This document shows, in pieces, positions 1 to 10,339 of a stretch of DNA of 64,000 nt. How positions within the stretch are numbered: position 1 is the stretch's first letter; each line of letters begins with the position of its first letter. The position numbers and the translations under genes are program-made. The DNA is from a virus (lineage: Duplodnaviria > Caudoviricetes), in IMG/VR virus record IMGVR_UViG_3300049182_000044, positions 128,001 to 192,000 of that record; one strand, 5' to 3'. The notes under the pieces are model-generated. The model made no database searches. It was not told where the DNA came from and saw nothing but the letters and a program-made list of their open reading frames with translations.

Positions 1-1
1 C

Positions 2-901
2 ATCATCGGCCTTACGCCGGGTACGTATCGTTCGGTCACGATTGACCAGTACGGACGTGTTACTGGCGGTACGAACCCTAGCACCCTCGCTGGTTATGGT
101 ATCACGGATGGTCAGCAGATCATCACTGGTGCTGCAACGTCGATCACTACGAACAACCTGACTGCAAATCGCGTCATGGTTAGTGACGCTTCGGGTAAGG
201 TCAGCCAAAGCACGATCACGACCAGTGAGCTGGCTACGATCAAGTCCAACAGTGATAATATGCAGGCTCTGCTTAACGGCAAGCAAGCAACGATTACTGG
301 TGCTGCATCGACCGTTGTCTCTACAAACCTGAACCCTGACGTTCTGGTTGGTACTGACGCTAACGGCAAGATGATTAGCACGACTGCGCTGCTGTCTGAA
401 GTCAACCAGCTGTCCGGTGTAACGAGTAACGTGCAGACTCAGATCAACACGAAGCTCAACAAGGCGGGGGATACGCTGACTGGACATCTGATCCAAGCGG
501 CAGCGCCGACCGTGCAGGAACACCTGGTCAACAAGCAATACGTCGATCAGCAAGTGTCTTCGCTGGCTTCGCAACCGCGTTCGATCTTCGTGACCGTGCC
601 TGGTGAGATCGTCCCGTTTGAAGGTACCCTGCGTTGGTATCCCCCGTTCCCGATCAGCGTATCGGCGTGCCGCATCTTCCAAGGTGTTGCGCCGACCATT
701 ACGGATACAGTTGTTGACGTTCGCGTGAACGCTACGACTTCGGTGTTCACTGGTGCGAAGCCGACTATCACTACGAACAACCACGAAAGCACTCTCGTCA
801 GCAGCAATGCACCGATGGGCGTGGATGACTTCCTGGTGATCGACGTAGATCAGGGTTCGGGTGAAGATCTTTCGATTCGTATTGACTACACCACTGAATA
901 A
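2..901 (+). CDS. Tail fibre protein, 5'-truncated by the window edge
   Basis: Frame is open from base 2, upstream of the track's ATG at 176. It reads GTYRSVTIDQYGRVTGGTNPSTLAGYGITD (phage fibre repeat), later KLNKAGDTLTGHL and HLVNKQYVD fibre motifs, then a C-terminal beta domain. Confidence 0.8.
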   Translation: MIGLTPGTYRSVTIDQYGRVTGGTNPSTLAGYGITDGQQIITGAATSITTNNLTANRVMVSDASGKVSQSTITTSELATIKSNSDNMQALLNGKQATITGAASTVVSTNLNPDVLVGTDANGKMISTTALLSEVNQLSGVTSNVQTQINTKLNKAGDTLTGHLIQAAAPTVQEHLVNKQYVDQQVSSLASQPRSIFVTVPGEIVPFEGTLRWYPPFPISVSACRIFQGVAPTITDTVVDVRVNATTSVFTGAKPTITTNNHESTLVSSNAPMGVDDFLVIDVDQGSGEDLSIRIDYTTE

Positions 902-911
902 GGGGTAGATA

Positions 912-1943
912 ATGGCAGCTCGTTTAGACGAAATGGGGTTGAATAGCTGGAGTCTCGCATACCAGCCTTCAACCCCGGCTGCTGAGATTATGAGCAAGGT
1001 TCACGACGCCGTTACGGCGAAGGGTTGGGCCTTGTTTGACAGCCTCAGTAGCGCCTCAAAGGTGTACCGTTCGCTGATGCTCGATGGTGTGGCGTATAAG
1101 TTTGTTCACATCATGGTGACCAATACCCATATCAAGACCTTGGTGTATGAGAACTGGAACATCGTGAGTCACGCTGGATTCAATCTGGCATATCAAAGTG
1201 ACGCAGACATCTACTCCCAACGTATTGACCAAAGTTCCGGCGGCTACATCTTCATCTTCGTGCACCCACAATGGCTGATTCTGTTTGGCCGTACTGTCGA
1301 TCCTACTGGTAAGTTTATTTACGGATCTTCGACAGGTAGTGCTTGGAGCGGTTGCTTGGAAATCACTCGCAGCAATGCTGGTGAAACTCCTGGTGAGTAT
1401 CCTCGCTTCGCCTGGATGAATGGTTACTTGTTCTCTGGCTATGGTCAGTCTGCAGGTGCCCCTGATGTTACAGCGGAAGCAACTGCTGTGTACTATCACT
1501 ATGCCTTGCCTCGCACTCGTGCCGGCACTACAGGTGAAGCAGCGTCCAAGTACATGCTCGTGTCCAATGTGACTGTGCCGTTTGCAAATCGCGCAGCACG
1601 GAACCTTCTTGGATCGTGCACAGGCTATGAAGGCGTTGAGAAGTTCTTGAATCAAACTGAGAACGCTCTGGGCAGCGGTGCATTCCCGAACGGTGTAAGC
1701 CCGTTCACTCCTGCTGATGCAAAGCCACTGGTGATTACAGCTTACGCTTACGACTTGAAGAGCGGTGTGCGCGGTGCATTCTGTGGGTTGAAGCTCACTT
1801 CGTCAACGAACGGTATCATGATGGATATCGTTGACATCGAATGCGCAGGAGACTACTCGCCGTCAGTGTTCGGAGCAAACGTCCCACATGCGTTGCTAGG
1901 TATCACCGAAGCAACTCTTGATCGTGTGGCTATTCCACTTTAA
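912..1943 (+). CDS. Putative virion protein, paralog family P copy 1
   Basis: Shares GWxLFD, YKF/Y, KVYExWN, GCxEIxR, PxFAW, LPRT, RGxFxGLKL and terminal RVAIPL motifs with four neighbouring ORFs. Confidence 0.65.
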   Translation: MAARLDEMGLNSWSLAYQPSTPAAEIMSKVHDAVTAKGWALFDSLSSASKVYRSLMLDGVAYKFVHIMVTNTHIKTLVYENWNIVSHAGFNLAYQSDADIYSQRIDQSSGGYIFIFVHPQWLILFGRTVDPTGKFIYGSSTGSAWSGCLEITRSNAGETPGEYPRFAWMNGYLFSGYGQSAGAPDVTAEATAVYYHYALPRTRAGTTGEAASKYMLVSNVTVPFANRAARNLLGSCTGYEGVEKFLNQTENALGSGAFPNGVSPFTPADAKPLVITAYAYDLKSGVRGAFCGLKLTSSTNGIMMDIVDIECAGDYSPSVFGANVPHALLGITEATLDRVAIPL

Positions 1944-1957
1944 CTCGGATAAAGATT

Positions 1958-4951
1958 ATGACCGTAGCATTGAAAGTATTAGGTCGACACTCCTATGAGT
2001 TAGGAATCACGGCCAGCGACGGTGCCAATAACGTGCAGAAGGCAATTGCTGCTGCCGTGACAGGCATTTTCGACCCAGGTCCCTACACGTCTGTTGATGG
2101 GCAAGAGGTTTCGCAGTTCGATGGCGGCACTCTGGACAATTCCGCAGCATTAGTAGTGTCCGCTCTTGCAGGCACTGGCGCTATTGCTCTTGACCCGTCG
2201 CTTGAAGAGAAGGCTTTCCACTTCATCAATTCCAACGTCTCAGTTTCATTTGAGATGGTTGCCGGCGACATGACGCTTGAGTTTGAATACCTCCGGACGT
2301 CCACAGAGGATTGGCCCATCGGTCGGACTGCTGAGGTAAATCCAACTACAGCACAACCGTACATTCAACTGAACCTGGATGGAACAGCGACTCTGTCACT
2401 CGGCTCCGGCAGTTACACCGTAGGCTTCGGCAATCCTAGCATCGACGTGATGCACAAGTACGCTGTCGTTCTGCGCTCGAATGTGCTGACTGCTTACGTG
2501 GATGGAGTGGCTGACACTAGCATTGTTGTAGAACCCTCCACGGTCGGCTGGACTGGTTGGTCTGCCGGCATTAGCTCTTCCAATAATAACCGCACAATAC
2601 AGTCGAGCTCAAACCAGTGGGAACGAGCCGCAGCACTAGGCAAGGCCTCTGGTAAATGGTACTGGGAAGTCTATCTCGACGTAGGTAGCTCCTTGCTGCT
2701 GGGTATTGCAAACACTAGCTTTTCGACTTCCAGCCGTACCAACATGGGTGACGCTTACTCAATTGGCCTGTACCTAGGTAATAACGGGTGGTATCAAAGT
2801 GTATCAGGCATCTCTTTAGTCAACCCAGCTAGCGGCTACCCAAACAGTGCAGGCAATAGGTATATGTTTGCCCTGGACATGGACAATCGCTGCCTGTATG
2901 TGGGTCTGAATGGATCTTGGTTCAATGGCGGTAATCCTGCTTCTGGGGCTGCAAAGACTGGAGCATTGGTGACGAACATCCCTGCTGGAACCTGGGGACC
3001 CGCTATGTCGATGGTAAATGCAACTGTCACACTGCGTACAGCCAGCACCCAGCAATCCAATACGGCACCTTCTGGGTATCAGACGCTCGCTTCTGCGCCT
3101 ATGAATGCGGTTAGCACTTCGGGATCTTTACCTAACAGTACACTGGCACTTCAGCTAGGACGCATTTTACAAGCGCCCGCCAGCTCGAGCTTTCAGCCGA
3201 GTGCTTCTGATCCGACGTTCATCTTCTCCAACAACAACCGCACGTTCTACTCAAACAGTGGCTGGGCCAATGCTAGAGCTGCGCAAGGTAAGTCAAGCGG
3301 CAAATGGTACTGGGAGTTGCAGATTACGCAAGGTAGCAATCTCATGCTAGGCCTCGCGCTAAGCGGTATGGCTACTACTGGCAACTTCGGCTCTGCTTCT
3401 AATACAATCGGCCTGTACCTCAACGGTAATAACTGGTTCAATAACATCGGGGCAACTGTAACCCAACCGAGCGGTGCGTACCCCGCGACAGTTGGTGACG
3501 TGTATATGTTCGCCTTGGACATGGACAATCGTCGCCTGTACGTAGGTCGAAACGGTACCTGGTACAATGGTGGTAATCCTGCAACGGGTGCAACACCACT
3601 TGTGACAAACATTCCTTTCAACACCTGGTACCCAGCTATTAGCGTAGCACCAGGCGGTGTGACCTTCAGATCCACAAGTAATGAGTGTGCGTACAGCGTT
3701 CCATCTGGCTACACCGCATTTGCAGGTAATTCGACTGAAAAGTTCAGTGCTGGCTATATGCGTAATTTGCGCCTCACCAGCAAGGCTCGCTATTCTGCGA
3801 ACTACACACCAGCGTCTACGTTAGCGTATGCCAGCGCTGATGCAGATTGGGCGCAGGTCAAGCTGTATGCTGCCATGAATGACAGCGTAGGTGCAACGAC
3901 CTTCACTGCGTATAAATCAACGTCAACGCTCGCCGATGTCTATAATTTAGATGCAGGGACATTCGGTACAGAGCAGCGTACTTGGGAATTGTTTGATGCA
4001 GCTGCTGGGACTAATGCAGTCTGCTATCGCTCGAAAACCAAGGACAACACTTACAAGTATGTGGTGGTTGATCTGAACACCGCAGGTGTAGTACTAACCA
4101 AGGTGTACGAAAGCTGGGACGCGACGACGCACACTGGGACGAATCTCGCTGCAAGTAGCGATACGGCTAGCTATGCTCAGAAGGCCACTTCGGGTCAGAC
4201 CTTGCATGTGTTCGCAACCGACCGTTGGCTTGCACTCCACGGTCTAACCGCAACTGATGTAGGTTCGGCCTTGACTGGTTGCTTCGAGATCAGTCGCGAT
4301 GACGAAGCGGAACCGATTGGTGTTTACCCACGCTTTGCTTGGCTCAGTCAATATGGCCTGTATGGCTACGACATGCCTACTCAGGAATGGGGAACGCTGA
4401 AAGGTCAGACATACAACTGCTTCTCGTTACCTCGTACCATCAAAGGTGACACTGGGCAGAACGCACGTAAGTATCAGATGACTGGCTCGATTGCGAACCA
4501 CATCACTGCGACGAACACTCGCATGAACTATACGTGTACCTACGGCGGCGGCGGTTCGTACCAGCAGTGCGGATACGTATGGCATCCATGGTATGGAAAT
4601 CAGTACCAGTGTACCACGTACCAGAATGCGTACACACCGAGTGTTAGCATGCCTGCGTGGAAGCGTCTGCTTGAGGAAATGTTGCCAACAGGCACGAACC
4701 CTTGGGCAACCGGCACAGATAAGAACTACGTGTTCTCGCCGTATGCAGTAGACACCAATCCTAGCTCGTTCCACATTCGTGGCCGTTTCTACGGATTGAA
4801 GTTGCTTGCAAATAATGTCGGTGCCAGCGGCGATACCATCAACATCAAAATGGATCAAGATGGCTTGTACTCGCAAACTGGCAATGCACGTACGCACTTC
4901 GTGTCGAAGCTCGGTACAGGTGGCTGTGTCGCAATTCCATTAAGCTTATAG
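1958..4951 (+). CDS. Family P protein carrying an inserted LamG/ConA-like domain and two SPRY/B30.2 domains (putative receptor-binding protein)
   Basis: Two GKWYWE...MFALDMDNRxLYVG SPRY repeats. LamG-type motifs HKYAVV...YVDGV and GYMRNLRLT..ARY. Family P core at the C-terminus. Confidence 0.7.
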   Translation: MTVALKVLGRHSYELGITASDGANNVQKAIAAAVTGIFDPGPYTSVDGQEVSQFDGGTLDNSAALVVSALAGTGAIALDPSLEEKAFHFINSNVSVSFEMVAGDMTLEFEYLRTSTEDWPIGRTAEVNPTTAQPYIQLNLDGTATLSLGSGSYTVGFGNPSIDVMHKYAVVLRSNVLTAYVDGVADTSIVVEPSTVGWTGWSAGISSSNNNRTIQSSSNQWERAAALGKASGKWYWEVYLDVGSSLLLGIANTSFSTSSRTNMGDAYSIGLYLGNNGWYQSVSGISLVNPASGYPNSAGNRYMFALDMDNRCLYVGLNGSWFNGGNPASGAAKTGALVTNIPAGTWGPAMSMVNATVTLRTASTQQSNTAPSGYQTLASAPMNAVSTSGSLPNSTLALQLGRILQAPASSSFQPSASDPTFIFSNNNRTFYSNSGWANARAAQGKSSGKWYWELQITQGSNLMLGLALSGMATTGNFGSASNTIGLYLNGNNWFNNIGATVTQPSGAYPATVGDVYMFALDMDNRRLYVGRNGTWYNGGNPATGATPLVTNIPFNTWYPAISVAPGGVTFRSTSNECAYSVPSGYTAFAGNSTEKFSAGYMRNLRLTSKARYSANYTPASTLAYASADADWAQVKLYAAMNDSVGATTFTAYKSTSTLADVYNLDAGTFGTEQRTWELFDAAAGTNAVCYRSKTKDNTYKYVVVDLNTAGVVLTKVYESWDATTHTGTNLAASSDTASYAQKATSGQTLHVFATDRWLALHGLTATDVGSALTGCFEISRDDEAEPIGVYPRFAWLSQYGLYGYDMPTQEWGTLKGQTYNCFSLPRTIKGDTGQNARKYQMTGSIANHITATNTRMNYTCTYGGGGSYQQCGYVWHPWYGNQYQCTTYQNAYTPSVSMPAWKRLLEEMLPTGTNPWATGTDKNYVFSPYAVDTNPSSFHIRGRFYGLKLLANNVGASGDTINIKMDQDGLYSQTGNARTHFVSKLGTGGCVAIPLSL

Positions 4952-4960
4952 GAGATTTAA

Positions 4961-5170
4961 GTGGTCACACTCGAAAACCTTAAGGAGGTATTTGGCAACA
5001 GCAAGTACTACTTCCAAATCGACGTACCGAAAGGGGAACACCCGATCGAGTACGTCACGGCGAAAGCCAAAACTTCTGTGTTTGTTTCCGTCATTGGCGG
5101 TTCGGTGTTCGCGGCTTCCGACGAGCACAACGCATTTGACACCTCTATTATCCTTCAGGAGATTCAATAA
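4961..5170 (+). CDS. Small hypothetical protein
   Basis: GTG start with GGAG RBS; stop overlaps the next ATG. Confidence 0.55.
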   Translation: MVTLENLKEVFGNSKYYFQIDVPKGEHPIEYVTAKAKTSVFVSVIGGSVFAASDEHNAFDTSIILQEIQ

Positions 5171-6102
5171 TGGCAACTGCAACTACTTCCATCGGCGCTA
5201 ATTCCGTAGCTATCAACTACTCGGTCGGTGCAACTATCGCGGAGCTTCTGGATGCGATCCAGGCATTCATCACCACCAAGGGCTGGGATCTGTTCGATGC
5301 AGCTGCTGGCCCGAATGCTCGTTGCTACCGCGCACTGAACGCTGATGGCACCAGCTATAAGTACATGGTCATCGACGGCAACACCGCTAACCAACTATTC
5401 ACCAAAGTGTACGAATCGTGGAACGCAACGACCCACGTGGGTACGAACCTGGCGTTTAACAGTGACGTAGCTCAGTACTCTCAGCGTGTCTCGCTCGCTA
5501 CTTCTGGTTACATCTACGTGTTCGCCAATGTCCGCTGGTGTGCTCTGCTGTCCAAGATCAGCGACGGTTCCATCGGCTCCTCCACGGGTAGCTCGTTCTG
5601 CGGTTGCTTCGAGATCAGCAAGGACAATGCAGATGAAGTCGCAGGCCAGAACCCGATCTATGCATGGGCAAATGGCTACGGCATCACCGGTGGTATGTCG
5701 GATGGTACGTACCCACGCTGCTTCTCTCTGCCGAAGACCAAGTCTGCCGCGACTGGTGACAGCGCTTCCCGCACGATGACTGTTGTTACACTCGCCGGCC
5801 GCACCATCATCAGCACGTCCCCGCTGAAGTTGACTGACCAGCTGCCAAACATTACCAACCCCTGGAGTGCTACGAACAACAACTTCGTGTTCACGATGTT
5901 CGCAGTTGAATCCAAGGAATCGCAGTTCAACGTTCGCGGTCGCTTCTACGGTCTGAAGCTTCTGTCTAACAACCTCGGCACGCCGTTCGACCTTATCACG
6001 GTCAAGACGGATGCAGATGGCTTCTACGCGCCGACTGGCTCGGATCAGGATCACCACATCCTGACCAATACATACCAGAACCGTTTCGCGCTGCCGGTCT
6101 AA
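5170..6102 (+). CDS. Putative virion protein, family P copy 3
   Basis: GWDLFDAAAG, KVYESWNATTHVGTN, RGRFYGLKLL, terminal RFALPV. Confidence 0.7.
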   Translation: MATATTSIGANSVAINYSVGATIAELLDAIQAFITTKGWDLFDAAAGPNARCYRALNADGTSYKYMVIDGNTANQLFTKVYESWNATTHVGTNLAFNSDVAQYSQRVSLATSGYIYVFANVRWCALLSKISDGSIGSSTGSSFCGCFEISKDNADEVAGQNPIYAWANGYGITGGMSDGTYPRCFSLPKTKSAATGDSASRTMTVVTLAGRTIISTSPLKLTDQLPNITNPWSATNNNFVFTMFAVESKESQFNVRGRFYGLKLLSNNLGTPFDLITVKTDADGFYAPTGSDQDHHILTNTYQNRFALPV

Positions 6103-6121
6103 CATCGGAGGTAAATTCAGC

Positions 6122-6655
6122 ATGGCTCACTTAACAGGTGCAGATGCTGGATTCGAGGACGCCGTGGGTTTCACGGCGTTTTCTTCTTTCCAGTACAATG
6201 CAGAAGCATTCGGTAAGAACATCCCGTATATTGGAGAGGCTAACAAGGCTGAAACCCTGGCACTCGCTGCGTCGAATGCCGAGTTCAAAGCAAATCCGTA
6301 TGACAAGCAAGCTGAAAGTGACATCAATGCATCCGTGCGTGGCGATGAAATCAAGTCATTGTTCTCGAGCGGCATGCCTGATCTGGTGCCCAAAGCAAAT
6401 CCTTATGACAAGGATGCTGAGAGCGGCGTCAACGCTGATGTAAGGGGCTCTGGTGCGACCACAATCGAACCGAAGTTCCGTATTGAAGATACCTCGATGG
6501 CCACTAAGACGGCTACAGCTACGGGTGTCTCTGGTGAGCGTAAGAACGTCAAGCAGCTTGCAAACAATGGCAGTGATGCTGTTGTACGTCGTGCGAAGAA
6601 GCGTCCGTATGTTTGGGGCGCCCACAATGCTCAGACCTTGACAACCTCGTCCTAA
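6122..6655 (+). CDS. Hypothetical protein with a duplicated KANPYDKxAESx(I/V)NAxVRG motif
   Basis: GGAGG RBS; two internal copies of a ~19-aa motif. Confidence 0.6.
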   Translation: MAHLTGADAGFEDAVGFTAFSSFQYNAEAFGKNIPYIGEANKAETLALAASNAEFKANPYDKQAESDINASVRGDEIKSLFSSGMPDLVPKANPYDKDAESGVNADVRGSGATTIEPKFRIEDTSMATKTATATGVSGERKNVKQLANNGSDAVVRRAKKRPYVWGAHNAQTLTTSS

Positions 6656-6675
6656 TGTCTTGAATTGAGGTAAAT

Positions 6676-7635
6676 ATGACAACAAGTATCACAAAGCTTG
6701 GTGACAACGCTCAGCGTATCAGCTATACATCGAATACGAGTATCGCTGAAATGCAGACAGCGTTGGACACCGTGATGGTTGCGCAAGGCTGGGAGTTGTT
6801 TGACGCCGCAGCGGGCGCATCTGCTCGCTGCTATCGCGCTCCTATTGCTGATGGCAACATGGCGTTCAAGTACATGGTGCTTGACTTCGGAACAGCGAAC
6901 TACATGCTGTGCAAGGTGTACGAAGCGTGGAATGCAACGACCCACGTTGGCACCAATATGGCTGTAGTTGGAGATAACACGCAGTACAATCAGCAAGTGT
7001 CGCTCTCTGCAGGTGGCGTAATGTGGGTGTTTGCAAACGCTCGCTATGCAGCTTTCTTTTCACGCACTTCTACCTTAGTGTACGGCGACTCTCAGACTGG
7101 TTCCTTCACTGGCTGTTTTGAGATCAGTCGAGACAATCCTGAGGAAGTTCCAGGCTCGTACCCGGCATTCGCTTGGGTCAACGGCGGGCTGGCTATCGGC
7201 TACAATGCGTCGGGCACTCAGCTATGCTGCTTCTCGTTGCCGCGTACCGTGGCAGGTCAAGTAGGCAATAATGCATACTTGGGCAACAGTATCGCCACCC
7301 TTGTTGGCCGTACTACAACAGCTAATGGCACGGCAGCACCTCTGTGGCAGCAGATTCCTACCGCAGTAAATGTCCTCAGCACTTCCGGTGCATGGAACGC
7401 GTTCACGCCATATGCTGTTACAGCTCAGTACAGTGGGACCACTGCGAGTGCGCAAGTGCTGCGCGGTCGATTCTACGGCCTTAAGGTTTTGCCGCGTAAC
7501 ATCGGTTCCGGTCTGGATTCGATCAACCTCAAAGTTGACTCGAACCTGTTCCTCGATGACGCTCAGGTAGCCCCGAAGCAGCATCTGATTCTGCCTGAGA
7601 AGACAGTGCAATGCCGCTTTGCGTTGCCGCTTTAA
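6676..7635 (+). CDS. Putative virion protein, family P copy 4
   Basis: Same motifs; terminal RFALPL. Confidence 0.7.
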   Translation: MTTSITKLGDNAQRISYTSNTSIAEMQTALDTVMVAQGWELFDAAAGASARCYRAPIADGNMAFKYMVLDFGTANYMLCKVYEAWNATTHVGTNMAVVGDNTQYNQQVSLSAGGVMWVFANARYAAFFSRTSTLVYGDSQTGSFTGCFEISRDNPEEVPGSYPAFAWVNGGLAIGYNASGTQLCCFSLPRTVAGQVGNNAYLGNSIATLVGRTTTANGTAAPLWQQIPTAVNVLSTSGAWNAFTPYAVTAQYSGTTASAQVLRGRFYGLKVLPRNIGSGLDSINLKVDSNLFLDDAQVAPKQHLILPEKTVQCRFALPL

Positions 7636-7651
7636 TCAATGAGAGGATAAC

Positions 7652-8614
7652 ATGACTACTAACATCTCGCGCCTTGGGCCGAACTCTCTGGCAATCAGCT
7701 ACACGCCTAGCTCCTCGGTCAGTGAATTGCTCACTGCTTTCGATACAGCTCTAGCCGCACAAGGCTGGGAGCTGTTCGACGCAGCAGCCGGTACGAACAC
7801 GCACTGCTATCGCGCTCCAATCGCTGACGGCACCATGGCGTATAAGTATTTCGTCTTGGACTTGTCGGCAGCTCCTTACATCACTTGCAAGGTATACGAG
7901 TCTTGGAATGCGGCTGCCCACACGGGTGCCAATCCAGCGCTCGGAAGCGAAGCGTCAGCGAATTCCCAGAGATACAGTCTCACTACGGGCGGAACAGTCT
8001 TCGTATTTGCAACCGCTCGGTACGCTCTCTTCTTGTCGCGCTTGGCAGACGGTACTTACGGCTCTCCAACGGGCAGTACGTTCTGCGGCATAGTTGAGTT
8101 CAGCCGGGACAACCCGAACGAAGTTCCAGGCGCTTCTCCGATCTTTGCGTGGATACACGGTTCATACATGCTTGGTGCAGGCCATACTGCCTCGACCTTG
8201 CGCTACCTGTCGATGCCGAAGACTCGCACGAATCAAACAGGTCAAGCCGCAATCGACTACCAGGCGATCTCTACGATCTATGGACGTCCCACTATCGACA
8301 ACTCGACGAACTATTTTACCCAATTGTACAAGATGATTCCGAATCAGGGTAATGTGTTCGACACGAACAACACGCTCGTGATTACGCCATGCGCGTTCGA
8401 TCAGATAGGTGCTGCTCTACCTCAAACCGGAGCGCACTTGCGTGGTCGTCTATACGGCATCAAGTTCCTGTCTAAAGGTATAGGTGCCGCGATGGATCGC
8501 CTGGATATTAAGGTCGACACGAACTTGTTCTATGATCCGAATGCTGTGGAGGCTGCGCCCCACATCGTTTTGTCTGAAATGTCTTACGGTGGTAGATTCG
8601 CCGTGCCGTTGTAG
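7652..8614 (+). CDS. Putative virion protein, family P copy 5
   Basis: Same motifs; terminal RFAVPL. Confidence 0.7.
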   Translation: MTTNISRLGPNSLAISYTPSSSVSELLTAFDTALAAQGWELFDAAAGTNTHCYRAPIADGTMAYKYFVLDLSAAPYITCKVYESWNAAAHTGANPALGSEASANSQRYSLTTGGTVFVFATARYALFLSRLADGTYGSPTGSTFCGIVEFSRDNPNEVPGASPIFAWIHGSYMLGAGHTASTLRYLSMPKTRTNQTGQAAIDYQAISTIYGRPTIDNSTNYFTQLYKMIPNQGNVFDTNNTLVITPCAFDQIGAALPQTGAHLRGRLYGIKFLSKGIGAAMDRLDIKVDTNLFYDPNAVEAAPHIVLSEMSYGGRFAVPL

Positions 8615-8625
8615 CGGAGGGCCTC

Positions 8626-9528
8626 ATGTCACGTATCACGTACTCAACTCTCGATCCAACAAAGATCGTCCGTCCGAATGGGACGTTCGGTGGCGGAACT
8701 GTGGCTGGCAACCTGTTCGTGTCGAGTGAATCCGCAATCATTCACAATGATATGGCGGTACCTGCAGGTACTAGCTTTAGTTACGAAGCTAGTGTAGGTC
8801 CAGGTACTTCATCTGCTTCAAAGGTTGGATTGTGCACTTCCAATACCTCAGTTCTCAACACGAAAGAGATTTATCTCGAGGGCGGAACAAACATCATATA
8901 CAAGTTCGGCGTAGCAACGCCTTTCACGCTCACAACTTCTGTTGGTATGATCGTCCACTTCGATTACAATGCTACGACAGGTGATGTGACTATTCGCGCT
9001 GGAGCCAATTCGGTAACGGTACCGGTACCAGAACTCGTGGGTAACCCAGTATACGCTTTCGGCACTGCACCGAATAGCGCGGGTGGGTTAGTATTCAACT
9101 TTGGTGCCACGCCGTTCAGCCTTCCAGTGAAGGACGGTCATCAAGGAGGCATCTATCGCCTTGATGAACTCGACTACCTCGGTATGCAAGGCAAAGAGCA
9201 GCGGATGTTTGATTCGGTCTTCGGTAATTACTTCGATGCAGGTACTTACTTAGGCAATAGTGGAATAGTAGCAGCTCAAGCCATACCAGTGCAGAAGAGG
9301 GTCGATGTAGCCGATACCCAATTCGTCTATGTTCATGCTCATCATGGGCTAGGCAAGGCAGGCAAGGCTGACGGCTTCGGACTGAAGAATCACATCGGGC
9401 GCAACTCGAAACAGATTCGCATGACGCCTGTCGTGCGTTTCAATCAGACTGCTGCGATGAAGACGAACGGCTTCGAGCAAAATAAGCAGGAGCCGTTCAA
9501 GCCCCGTGAGTTTTGGGGCGACTACTAA
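8626..9528 (+). CDS. Divergent SPRY-like domain protein
   Basis: N-terminal beta-rich region ending FNFGATPFSLP, like the SPRY terminal NFG..PF motif. Confidence 0.5.
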   Translation: MSRITYSTLDPTKIVRPNGTFGGGTVAGNLFVSSESAIIHNDMAVPAGTSFSYEASVGPGTSSASKVGLCTSNTSVLNTKEIYLEGGTNIIYKFGVATPFTLTTSVGMIVHFDYNATTGDVTIRAGANSVTVPVPELVGNPVYAFGTAPNSAGGLVFNFGATPFSLPVKDGHQGGIYRLDELDYLGMQGKEQRMFDSVFGNYFDAGTYLGNSGIVAAQAIPVQKRVDVADTQFVYVHAHHGLGKAGKADGFGLKNHIGRNSKQIRMTPVVRFNQTAAMKTNGFEQNKQEPFKPREFWGDY

Positions 9529-9592
9529 GCGGTATAAACGTGGGTGTGTTCGGGAGAGCGCACCCACTTTCAGCTAATAAGAAAGGCACATC

Positions 9593-10006
9593 ATGTGGTC
9601 AACAGCAAAAATAGTTGCACTTCTTCTGAAGTTCGGGAAAACGTACTGGAAGGAAATTCTTCTAGCCCTATTAGTTCTTTTTGCGCTGAAGATGGTTCAC
9701 GATCACGGCTACAACAAGGCCGATGCCGAGTGGATCAAGTTTCACAACAAGCGCGTGGGTGAACTGAATGCAAAGATCGAAAAGATCGAGCAAGATTCTC
9801 GGACGGAAGCAGAGACGTTGAAGGCGGATGCTGAATCCTACAAGTGGGCATTGCTGACACTTGCCAAAGAGTTCAAGACAATCAAGCCGAAGGATAAGGA
9901 CGGGAAAGTACTCGTGTGCGACGGGAAGGAAGTTGATACTGTCTACTTGGGTCAGGACTTTACGGACGCTTGGAACAAACTGAACACCAAAGGAGAGAGC
10001 AAATGA
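9593..10006 (+). CDS. Inner-membrane spanin (Rz-like)
   Basis: N-terminal TM helix (ILLALLVLFAL) then a coiled coil; ATGA overlap with the downstream lipoprotein. Confidence 0.7.
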   Translation: MWSTAKIVALLLKFGKTYWKEILLALLVLFALKMVHDHGYNKADAEWIKFHNKRVGELNAKIEKIEQDSRTEAETLKADAESYKWALLTLAKEFKTIKPKDKDGKVLVCDGKEVDTVYLGQDFTDAWNKLNTKGESK

Positions 10007-10320
10007 AACGAATCGCCATCATCGTTACCGCATTGCTGTTGGTCGGATGCGCCTGCAAACAGCCAGCGCTGCCCGGTACAAACACACAGACAGATAGCTC
10101 GCCCGCAACAGGCAAACCTATCGACAGGGTAAAGGAGAAGGTCGATATCGATCCTTACCTTCTCAAAGAGTGTGATTGGTTCCAGCCGATGACTGTGAAG
10201 AATCCTACGCCGAATCAGGTGTTGGAGCAAAAGGCTAGTGACGTGGCGACTTTACGTGAGTGTGCAAAGCGTCATAGTTCATTGGCAAAGATTGTGAAGG
10301 ACGCTTTCAATGTGAAGTAG
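10003..10320 (+). CDS. Outer-membrane spanin lipoprotein (Rz1-like)
   Basis: Start re-assigned to ATG 10003 (MKRIAII). Lipobox LLVG-C, Pro-rich linker, additional Cys residues. Confidence 0.7.
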   Translation: MKRIAIIVTALLLVGCACKQPALPGTNTQTDSSPATGKPIDRVKEKVDIDPYLLKECDWFQPMTVKNPTPNQVLEQKASDVATLRECAKRHSSLAKIVKDAFNVK

Positions 10321-10339
10321 CTTTATGAGACTTTGAACC

